A stretch of DNA of 64,000 bases. Origin: an uncultured Gammaproteobacteria bacterium (lineage in GTDB: Bacteria > Patescibacteriota > Patescibacteriia > Magasanikbacterales > GWA2-37-8). Positions within the stretch are counted from its first letter, which is position 1, and each line of letters starts with the position of its first letter. A program made the position numbers and the translations under genes. Positions 17,068 through 25,124 of the stretch are shown piece by piece. Where the stretch lies: assembly GCA_964634875.1 (NCBI GenBank), contig CAZWKA010000005.1, positions 27,167-91,166 on the forward strand, read 5' to 3'. Under the pieces are notes generated by a model. The model ran no database searches. It saw only the letters and a list, made by a program, of their open reading frames with translations, and had not been told where the DNA came from.

Positions 17068-19131
17068 TTGGAATGTATGGGCAAATTTTATCACATCTTA
17101 GCTCAAAAAGCAATGATTTTTGGATTGTTGGTTTTTTTGCTGCTTCCAACCCTGGTGGCTGCTAAAACAAGCGGAGATCCCGAATACTTGGCGCAACAAT
17201 CGGTCTTTGACCAGATCAATGCCCCAAACGCCTGGGACCTGACGACCGGATCGGGTGCGGTAGTCGTTGCGGTGATCGACACGGGTATTGATACTGCCCA
17301 CCCTGATCTGCAGCTTAATACCTGGACTAATACTCGAGAAATACCAGGTAATAGCGTTGATGATGATCGGAATGGTTTCGTTGATGACATCCATGGCTGG
17401 AATTTTGTGGAAAATAACAATAATGTACAAACACCGGTTACTACTACTAATGACAATGTGGAGGCAGTTAACCACGGGAGCTTGGTTGCCGGACTGATCG
17501 GTGCGGTTGGAGATAATGGAACGTATGGAACTGGTCTCAGCTGGCGCGTGTCGCTCATGCCTCTACGTGCTATTAGTAACTCGGGCAATGGTACGACGGG
17601 TAGTGTTATTGATGCTATTAATTATGCAATCGCTAATGGTGCCGATATTATTAACATGAGTTTTGTTGGGGATTTAAATGATACTGCTTTGAAGCAGAGT
17701 TTTTTTCGTGCGTACGAAAAAGGGATATTAGTTGTGGCCGCAGCGGGCAATGACCGGGCGAAAGGCAAGGGGGATCTGGATCAGTTTCCAGCGTTTCCAG
17801 CTTGTTATGATCGTGGGGACACGGTTAATTGGATTTTAGGTGTCAGTTCAATCAATGCCCAGAATGAATTAAGTCGTTTTGCTGATTACGGTAGTTGTGT
17901 TGATCTGGTTGCCCCTGGCGAGCGGATTTTCAGTACAACGCGGTTTGCACCGGAGTTTGGGTTTACATCTCAGTTTAAGGGAAGTTTCAACGGTACTTCA
18001 TTTTCTGCACCCTTGGTCGCGGGTGCGGCAGCGCTCATTAAGTCGATTCGACCCGAATGGAAAGCTCCGGAAATAATTAAAACACTTTTGAATACTGCTG
18101 ACTCGGTAGATGCGGCAAACCCGTCGTTCGTGGGAAAACTGGGTTATGGCCGATTAAATGTTGGTCGGGCGGTTCAGGTCGCAGTGTCGAGCGCGCCTGT
18201 TGTGATCCCTCTTCAGCCGCTGGCGACATCGACATCGGATAAGCCGGTTGTGCCGACGTTTGTGCCGCTTCCTTCTCCAAGTGCTGTACAAAAATTTTAC
18301 TATAGTAGTGGTAGGCAAATGTTTAGTTTGGAAATAGAAACGGGGAAGAAATTATTTTTAGGCACAACTGTCGACGCCCCGCTTGATTTTACTTCGCGTT
18401 TTGACGCTGTTTCCGGTCAAACAACTTTGGCAACGCTTGCGAAAAAAGGTCTGGGATATGAGGTCGCGCTCTTTAATGAACAAGGGGTTCTGCTTGAGAC
18501 GTTTTCAGTTGGTACAAAACTCTTAAGTAAGAATAAAAACCTTCGCTTTGAGGGTGTCGAACTTTTGGCTATGGATGATATTTCGCAAAAGGTACTTCTC
18601 CGCGTGTACGATCCTTTGAAAAAAACGACCCAGCTTGTTGTTCAAAAACTTGGCTCAAGTGATACTGTAAGTATCGTTGGTGGCGGTGTGGTAGTGGGTT
18701 TGGATGTGTCTGAGGATGGTAGTTTGGTGATGGTGGCCGAATTAAAAAATAAAAAATTAACTCTTACCCAAATTAATCTGGCTACTCTCGATCGTCAGAG
18801 TTGGTCCTTCGTTGGTGTTGATGAAGTCCGTGATCTGAGGCTGGGGCATTTTTTTAGCGCCCTCACCTATGAAGCGGCGCTGGTGGTAAGACAGAAAAAT
18901 CAAAATTATCGCCTGGTGGTGGATGTCAACAGCAGGAGCTCTCGCCGTGAGACGCTGGGCGCGCTTAAGGCGGGGGAGGTCTGGCGAGTCTTGGCACAGG
19001 ATTTTAGCGGGGATAATATCGATGAGGTGCTTTTTTGGAAAAGTACAGGTGGCGTTTTTGCGCTGACTGACGCGAAAGGAAATAGGATTAAGGATCTCGC
19101 GCTGCCAAGCCTTAAGGCAATTATATACTAG
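17068..19131 (+). CDS. secreted subtilisin-like serine protease (S8) with a ~330-aa C-terminal extension
   Basis: Signal peptide; catalytic triad motifs VAVIDTGID, NHGSLVAG and GTSFSAPLVAG; then a long non-catalytic tail. Confidence 0.8.
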   Translation: MECMGKFYHILAQKAMIFGLLVFLLLPTLVAAKTSGDPEYLAQQSVFDQINAPNAWDLTTGSGAVVVAVIDTGIDTAHPDLQLNTWTNTREIPGNSVDDDRNGFVDDIHGWNFVENNNNVQTPVTTTNDNVEAVNHGSLVAGLIGAVGDNGTYGTGLSWRVSLMPLRAISNSGNGTTGSVIDAINYAIANGADIINMSFVGDLNDTALKQSFFRAYEKGILVVAAAGNDRAKGKGDLDQFPAFPACYDRGDTVNWILGVSSINAQNELSRFADYGSCVDLVAPGERIFSTTRFAPEFGFTSQFKGSFNGTSFSAPLVAGAAALIKSIRPEWKAPEIIKTLLNTADSVDAANPSFVGKLGYGRLNVGRAVQVAVSSAPVVIPLQPLATSTSDKPVVPTFVPLPSPSAVQKFYYSSGRQMFSLEIETGKKLFLGTTVDAPLDFTSRFDAVSGQTTLATLAKKGLGYEVALFNEQGVLLETFSVGTKLLSKNKNLRFEGVELLAMDDISQKVLLRVYDPLKKTTQLVVQKLGSSDTVSIVGGGVVVGLDVSEDGSLVMVAELKNKKLTLTQINLATLDRQSWSFVGVDEVRDLRLGHFFSALTYEAALVVRQKNQNYRLVVDVNSRSSRRETLGALKAGEVWRVLAQDFSGDNIDEVLFWKSTGGVFALTDAKGNRIKDLALPSLKAIIY

Positions 19132-19188
19132 GGTCTGGCTTTTTGGTATACTATAGCTGTTAAAGACGTACATTTTTAAGTTAATGTT

Positions 19189-20223
19189 ATGGATAGTCCT
19201 ATTTTTGAGAAGAAAAATGTCTTAGTGACCGGGGGGGCAGGTTTTATAGGCTCACATTTGTGCGAAAAGCTCCTTCGTGAGGCAAATGTTATTTGTGTTG
19301 ACGATTTTTCTAATTCCAGCCCCGAAAACATCAATCATTTGTTGCAGTACCCAGATTTTGAGTTTATTAATTTGGATGTCAACCAGCCGATCGACCTGAC
19401 CCAATTTGCCGAATTAGATAAGTTTAAGATTAAATTCCAAGGGATCCAGGAAATTTACCACCTCGCTTGCCCGACAAGTCCAGCTGATTTTGAAAAATTA
19501 AAAATGAAATCACTGCTCGCAAATTCTTCGGGTATGCTCAGTACGCTTGATTTGGCAGTAAAATACCGGGCGAAATATGTTTTTACCTCAAGTGCAGTTA
19601 TCTACGGTTCGGCAACACCAGAGAAATTTGTTTTTAAAGAGGAAGACCAGGGGATCGTTAATCACCTGTCACCGCGAGCATGTTATGACGAAGGGAAGCG
19701 TTTTGCAGAAACATGTGTGGCTACGTATAATCAAGTCTATGGACTTGATGCGAAGATCGCTCGTGTTTTTACGTCGTACGGTCCGTACATGAAATTGTTT
19801 GAAGGCCAGCCAGTAATAGATTTTATTGTTAATGCGCTCGAAGGTAAGGATGTGGTGGTGCCGGGCGGGGACAAAGACCTAACAACACTCTGCTATGTAT
19901 CAGATATGGTTGATGGTTTGATAGGCCTTATGGCAACGGATGCTACGGTAAAGGTAGTTAATTTGGGCGGGGATACGGTTATAAAGACGATGGATGTTGC
20001 TAAGAAAATCGTGGCCATGACCGAGTCTGCTTCCGCAATCGTGGCGGGTGCGGAATTATCGTTTGTAACCCATCCAGGAGTGCCTGACCTGTTTTACACC
20101 AAAAATATGCTGGGCTGGTTTCCACTGGTAACGCTGGAACAAGGGCTCACCAAAACCATTGAATACGCTGTTGCGAACAAACAATCTCTCTTGTATACTC
20201 ATTTTGATAAGCTGGGTATGTAA
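19189..20223 (+). CDS. NAD-dependent sugar-nucleotide dehydratase/epimerase, UDP-glucuronate decarboxylase (UXS)-like
   Basis: Rossmann motif VLVTGGAGFIGSHL. PRACYDEGKRFAET closely matches the UXS signature PRACYDEGKR.AET. Confidence 0.8.
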   Translation: MDSPIFEKKNVLVTGGAGFIGSHLCEKLLREANVICVDDFSNSSPENINHLLQYPDFEFINLDVNQPIDLTQFAELDKFKIKFQGIQEIYHLACPTSPADFEKLKMKSLLANSSGMLSTLDLAVKYRAKYVFTSSAVIYGSATPEKFVFKEEDQGIVNHLSPRACYDEGKRFAETCVATYNQVYGLDAKIARVFTSYGPYMKLFEGQPVIDFIVNALEGKDVVVPGGDKDLTTLCYVSDMVDGLIGLMATDATVKVVNLGGDTVIKTMDVAKKIVAMTESASAIVAGAELSFVTHPGVPDLFYTKNMLGWFPLVTLEQGLTKTIEYAVANKQSLLYTHFDKLGM

Positions 20224-20225
20224 AT

Positions 20226-20891
20226 ATGGTGTTCGTTGTCATTCCTGCGTTTAATGAAGCAAAGAATATTGGCCGCGTTATTAGCGGCCTTTTTGAACAT
20301 GGTTTCACCAAGATAGTCGTGGTTGATGATGGGTCAAGCGACACAACAGCCGAGGTGGCACTAGGGCAAGGCGCGATCGTTCTGCGGCATTTGATTAATC
20401 GGGGCCAAGGGGCGACGCTGCAAACAGGGAATGATTATGCCCTTAAAAAAGGAGCTCAGGTAGTTGTGCATTTTGACGCGGATGGTCAATTCAACCCCCT
20501 CGACATAGATGGAGCGGTGCAGTTGGTTGAAACAGGTGCCGCAGATATTGTTTTGGGCTCACGGTTTATGGATCGCCGGTCAAAATTGCCCTTTACCAAG
20601 CAGTATGTTCTGTTCCCGCTGACCCGTTTTTTGAACCGTTTGTTTACCGGCCTCAACTTAACGGATGGACAAAACGGTTTTCGTGTCCTCTCGCGCCAAG
20701 CACTTGAAAAAATTGTTATCACGCACGATGGTATGGCGCACAACTCCGAGATCATCCGTGAAGTTAATCGCTTGGCTTTGGTGTATCAAGAATATCCGGT
20801 CGAGGTAACATACCACCGGTATGGCCAAGGGCTAGGCGGTGGAATTAAGATTGTTGGCAACATTCTCCTTAGGTTTTTATACTCCGAATAA
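20226..20891 (+). CDS. family-2 glycosyltransferase (polyprenyl-phosphate sugar synthase-like)
   Basis: VVIPAFNEAKNI...VVVDDGSSD is a GT-A DxD pattern. Starts 3 nt after the epimerase stop. Confidence 0.75.
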   Translation: MVFVVIPAFNEAKNIGRVISGLFEHGFTKIVVVDDGSSDTTAEVALGQGAIVLRHLINRGQGATLQTGNDYALKKGAQVVVHFDADGQFNPLDIDGAVQLVETGAADIVLGSRFMDRRSKLPFTKQYVLFPLTRFLNRLFTGLNLTDGQNGFRVLSRQALEKIVITHDGMAHNSEIIREVNRLALVYQEYPVEVTYHRYGQGLGGGIKIVGNILLRFLYSE

Positions 20892-20897
20892 TCATAT

Positions 20898-21248
20898 ATG
20901 CTCATCATTCAATTTTTACTTAGTCTTTTTTTTCTGGTTGCCATCGTTAAGGTTGTGGTGCGATACCAGAAGAAAGAACTTTCGCTGCGCGCGGTGTTTT
21001 TGTGGGTTTTCTTTTGGCTAGCAGCAGCAGTGGCAGTGATACAGCCGAATAGTACAGCCTACTTTGCCGAGCGGGTTGGTATTGGTCGTGGAGCGGACCT
21101 TGTGGTGTATTGTTCAGTTGCGCTTATCTTCTTCATTATTTTTAGGCTCATGATTAAAATTGACCGGCTAGAACGGCAGACCACTATTTTAACGCGGGCG
21201 CTCGCATTACAAGAACCGCCTGTTAAGAAGGATGTACCGCTCACATGA
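20898..21248 (+). CDS. small 3-4 TM membrane protein, DUF2304-like GT2 partner
   Basis: 116-aa hydrophobic protein immediately after the GT2 gene, a common pairing. Confidence 0.45.
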   Translation: MLIIQFLLSLFFLVAIVKVVVRYQKKELSLRAVFLWVFFWLAAAVAVIQPNSTAYFAERVGIGRGADLVVYCSVALIFFIIFRLMIKIDRLERQTTILTRALALQEPPVKKDVPLT

Positions 21249-22384
21249 AAATAGCCCACATTATCAGCACGTTTCCGCCGCATATTGGAGGTATGGGGAT
21301 TGTCGCGGTAAATGAAGCAAAACAGCAAGTCGCCCACGGGAATACGGTGACGGTTTTTACCATGAGGTATCCGGATACTATTTACCGTGATGAACAGTAC
21401 GCTTTTCGAATTATCCGTTTGCGTCCGCTTTTTAGATTAGGTAATGCTGGTTTTTTACCGCAATTACTATCGGCATTAAAGGGTTTTGATATAGTGCATC
21501 TCCATTATCCTTTTTATGGAGGAGCAGAATGGGTTTGGCTCTTTAGTCTTATGTACCACCGACCTTTTGTTCTAACGTACCATATGGATGCGGAACCGAG
21601 TGGGCGAGGCAGACTAGTGCTCCAAAAAATATACGACCTTATTTTTCCCCGGCTTATTTTGCATCGGGCAATAAAAATAATTGCAGTTGACGCGCTCCAT
21701 GCGAATGAAACGCGTTTCCGTAAGTTTTTAACTCACGAAAAATTACGAGTTATTCATAATGGAGTAAACACAGCTATTTTCAAACCTGAGACTGTGTATT
21801 TGGGGTCAATGGATTTGGAGCATTGGGGTATGAAAAAAATTATTTTGTTTGTCGGAAACCCTATCCCAGGGAAGCGTTTAGATATATTTCTCAAGGCATT
21901 AGCAGAAATTCGGGACGAAAACATAGTGGGGCTTGTAGTAGGCGGTGGGTATTTTATTGACCGTTATAAGCGGTTGGCATCAGAACTTGGTCTTGATAAG
22001 CGGGTGCTTTTTGTAGGGGCGCTTCATAATCGGGAGCGGTTGGCACATTATTATAAGGTGGCCGCATGCTTGGCTGTACCTTCAACAGCGGAGTCTTTTT
22101 CTTTGGTTGTTATTGAGGCAATGGCCAGCGGATGCCCGGTTGTGGCCACTGATTTGCCCGGTGTGCGCGAGCGTATTATTCCAAATGTCGATGGTTTTTT
22201 GGTTGCGCCTGGTTCAGTAGATGCGCTGGTTGCCGGTATTCATAAATGTTTATCACTAACACCAGAGGAGCGTTCATTGTTGACTGATCGGGCACGGCAG
22301 AAAATGATCGAAAAATATAGTTGGGAAGAACATGCTAAAAAGTTAGAGGCAGTTTATAAAGAAATTTTATCGCAAGCGTTATGA
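21245..22384 (+). CDS. family-4 glycosyltransferase (GT-B)
   Basis: ATGA overlap with the previous gene; C-terminal EAMASGCPVVATDLPGVRE motif. Confidence 0.8.
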   Translation: MKIAHIISTFPPHIGGMGIVAVNEAKQQVAHGNTVTVFTMRYPDTIYRDEQYAFRIIRLRPLFRLGNAGFLPQLLSALKGFDIVHLHYPFYGGAEWVWLFSLMYHRPFVLTYHMDAEPSGRGRLVLQKIYDLIFPRLILHRAIKIIAVDALHANETRFRKFLTHEKLRVIHNGVNTAIFKPETVYLGSMDLEHWGMKKIILFVGNPIPGKRLDIFLKALAEIRDENIVGLVVGGGYFIDRYKRLASELGLDKRVLFVGALHNRERLAHYYKVAACLAVPSTAESFSLVVIEAMASGCPVVATDLPGVRERIIPNVDGFLVAPGSVDALVAGIHKCLSLTPEERSLLTDRARQKMIEKYSWEEHAKKLEAVYKEILSQAL

Positions 22385-23205
22385 TCGAGTTTGACTATGA
22401 AGCCTCGATTTGGGGGGCGGGGGAGGCGAGTGAGGCTTGGTCTGACCCGACCAGTTTTCGGCTCCGCCAATCATTTTCTTTGGTTGCTGGTTTGCCGGCG
22501 GGGTCTGTCGTTCTTGAAGTAGGCGCTGGTGCGGGACAGTTTATTCGGGCGGTCAAAAAAAGGTTCCCCCAGCTTAAGTGTCATGGTTCTGATATTAGCC
22601 AACAAGCCCTAGAACTGGCACGGGCAACTGACGACGGTGTTGATTACGACCTGTCGACGCCGGAACTTTTGCCCTATGCAGATGCATCAATCGATGCGGT
22701 GTTGATTTTAGATGTCGTGGAGCATGTGGAAGATCCGCTGGGCCTGCTGAGGGAAGTCGGCCGCGTTTTGAAACCAGGCGGAAAATTTTATTGTTTTGTG
22801 CCGTGCGAAGGTGATTGGTTATCGTTGTGGAATTTTCTCAATCATATCGGGTTAAAAGGAAACCTGACAAAACGCTTTGCAGGACATATAAATTATTTTT
22901 CCCGTCATAGTTTGTTTGAGTTATATGCAAAAGCCGGATTGAAACGGGTGCGGACCCGGTACAGTGAGCATTTTCTTGGTCAGGTATTGGGAGTTGTTGC
23001 TTTTAATTTAATGGCTCGAGCAGCACGCCTGACACCAGCCGGCCAGCTTAATAATGAGGCGTATTTCCAGACTCTTAATAAGAAAAATGGTCGTTTAACA
23101 CTGTTTAGCATTCTTAAGAAAATAGTAAATAGTTTGGTGTATATAGAGTCAGCCGTGCTGCAACGCCTACCTTCACCCAATGTCCATTCATTTTTGACGA
23201 AGTAG
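22381..23205 (+). CDS. class I SAM-dependent methyltransferase
   Basis: VLEVGAGAGQF (motif I) and LKPGGKFYCFVP; ATGA overlap with the GT4 gene. Confidence 0.7.
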   Translation: MIEFDYEASIWGAGEASEAWSDPTSFRLRQSFSLVAGLPAGSVVLEVGAGAGQFIRAVKKRFPQLKCHGSDISQQALELARATDDGVDYDLSTPELLPYADASIDAVLILDVVEHVEDPLGLLREVGRVLKPGGKFYCFVPCEGDWLSLWNFLNHIGLKGNLTKRFAGHINYFSRHSLFELYAKAGLKRVRTRYSEHFLGQVLGVVAFNLMARAARLTPAGQLNNEAYFQTLNKKNGRLTLFSILKKIVNSLVYIESAVLQRLPSPNVHSFLTK

Positions 23206-23208
23206 GAT

Positions 23209-23817
23209 ATGCATGCCCTCCATATCATCCCGGCAGCTTTGGGTTATTTTGAAGACATTGCAGCTGCGGCTTTTTTATTTGCTGAACGTTTGCAGGGAAG
23301 CGGTATCGACGTAGAACCGTTTACGCTCCAAACAGGGCAACCAAGCCGAGGACTGCGTCGTTCAGTAGAATCAAAAACCATTGTTTCTGGGCAGGGGTTT
23401 GCGTATAGCAACACTCTTGGGTTCAAGGGGTTAAGTCGGGCGCTCGCTGCAGCTGATATTGTTCATCTCCACGCTCCTTTTTTAGGTTTTGGCAAAGAAC
23501 TGCTTCGTTTTAAACAAGAATATCCGGAGCGCCCACTAGTCATTACTTATTACGGCAAACTTGAATACCAAGATTTTTTTAGTTTATGTATTCGCGGGTA
23601 TAACGCTTGGTATTTGCCCAAACTTATGGCCGTCACCCAGGCTGTGGTTGAACCGTGCGGCGGTGCATTTAAAAAAACATTGCCGCGCCAAAATGGCGAT
23701 GAAATTGTGACCTTGACGAATGCGGTGAGTGGGGTACAATTAAGGTACCGACAAAAGGTACAAAATTCTTTTTTTATTCATTATCTAGAGCTGCTTAAGC
23801 AGCATAGCTATTTTTAA
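23209..23817 (+). CDS. standalone GT4 N-terminal-like domain protein, 202 aa
   Basis: Resembles only the N-terminal acceptor half of a GT-B glycosyltransferase (ADIVHLHAPF...). No C-terminal donor domain. Confidence 0.35.
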   Translation: MHALHIIPAALGYFEDIAAAAFLFAERLQGSGIDVEPFTLQTGQPSRGLRRSVESKTIVSGQGFAYSNTLGFKGLSRALAAADIVHLHAPFLGFGKELLRFKQEYPERPLVITYYGKLEYQDFFSLCIRGYNAWYLPKLMAVTQAVVEPCGGAFKKTLPRQNGDEIVTLTNAVSGVQLRYRQKVQNSFFIHYLELLKQHSYF

Positions 23818-23822
23818 TTCCT

Positions 23823-24695
23823 ATGGAAGAACGACAATCACCCTCTTTATTTAATTCACTTGACCCTAAAAGCGCCCTTATGATGGGTTTGGTCGGCGGA
23901 GTCCTCACGCTCTGTACGGTCGGGTTTCTTATTTTTCTCGGTCTTTTGCTTGGTGGAAAATTAGAGCTTGCTTCGAGCGCTGGTGGTGCTAATCTGAATG
24001 ACCAGTATGCAGCGCTTGCAGGGGCAGGCACTGGCAACGAATTGCCTTCGACGCCGCCAGCAAATATTCCTAAATCTGATCGGCCGCAAGTAGAATTATT
24101 TGTCATGTCCGACTGTCCATATGGTCTCCAGATGGAAAAGGCCTATATCCCAGCATGGGATCTTTTAAAGAAAAAAGCTGATATTGATGTGAAGTTTGTT
24201 TCTTATGCAATGCATGGCAAAAAAGAGATTGATGAGAACACAGCTCAGTATTGTATCCAAAAAGAACAATCTGATAAGTACCTTTCGTATTTACAGTGTT
24301 ATACCGCTAATGGAAATTCAGCTAGCTGTTTAGCTTCCGCTGGGGTTAATGAAAAGAAATTGCAATCATGCGTTGATGGTGCCAACAAAGAGTTTGGTAT
24401 TTTGGATGAATACAATAATCAGGCTAATTGGCTGAGCGGACAGTTCCCAGTGTACCCAATCCACAAAGATTTGAACGAAAAGTACGGTGTCCAAGGATCA
24501 CCGACGCTTGTTATCAATGGCGTGCAAGCCGAAGTGAGCCGTACGCCTGAAGCCATCAAACAAGCGATTTGTGCAGCGTTCAATACTGCTCCTGAAGAAT
24601 GCTCTAAATCACTCAGTGCTTTAGCCTTAGGGGCTGGTTTTGGCACAGCACCGGCAGCGCAAGGTGGTGCTCAGGCAGCAGGTTGCGGGACTTAA
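23823..24695 (+). CDS. membrane-anchored DsbA-like thiol:disulfide oxidoreductase
   Basis: N-terminal TM, then a thioredoxin fold with a CPYG active site (FVMSDCPYGLQ), plus extra Cys pairs. Confidence 0.65.
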   Translation: MEERQSPSLFNSLDPKSALMMGLVGGVLTLCTVGFLIFLGLLLGGKLELASSAGGANLNDQYAALAGAGTGNELPSTPPANIPKSDRPQVELFVMSDCPYGLQMEKAYIPAWDLLKKKADIDVKFVSYAMHGKKEIDENTAQYCIQKEQSDKYLSYLQCYTANGNSASCLASAGVNEKKLQSCVDGANKEFGILDEYNNQANWLSGQFPVYPIHKDLNEKYGVQGSPTLVINGVQAEVSRTPEAIKQAICAAFNTAPEECSKSLSALALGAGFGTAPAAQGGAQAAGCGT

Positions 24696-24734
24696 ACTGT
24701 TTTTCAGTAAGGATTTAGCTTTAAATGTATCTGT

Positions 24735-25043
24735 ATGGGAAAGTTCAACAAGGGTTTAGTCCTTGGTGGTATGCTTGGTGCGGCACTAGTTTGGCTGAAC
24801 GTTTCACCGAAAGGCAAGGAATTGCGGGCTAAAGCTGCTCAGCATTTGGAGCCTTTGTTTGTTCAGTTGAAAGAAAGCTTGGGTCAGCTCGAAGGCCCGA
24901 CTCGCGAGATGTATGATGCCTTGGTTGAGCGGGCGGTCGAAGAATACGCGGCTAAAAAAGAGATGGCTCTTGATCTAAAGACGGCCTTAGTTCGTGAGCT
25001 TAAGAAGCGTTGGAAAGAGGTTGAGGCGGAGCTTAAACAATAA
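24735..25043 (+). CDS. YtxH-like small membrane-associated protein
   Basis: N-terminal GLVLGGMLGAALVWL helix followed by a charged helical tail. Confidence 0.45.
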   Translation: MGKFNKGLVLGGMLGAALVWLNVSPKGKELRAKAAQHLEPLFVQLKESLGQLEGPTREMYDALVERAVEEYAAKKEMALDLKTALVRELKKRWKEVEAELKQ

Positions 25044-25124
25044 ATGCTTTTCGTAGCTTACCCCAGTTGGGTTGACAAAAACCCTAATTTAGGGTAAACT
25101 AAGCGGTTATTTATTCTTAACTCT

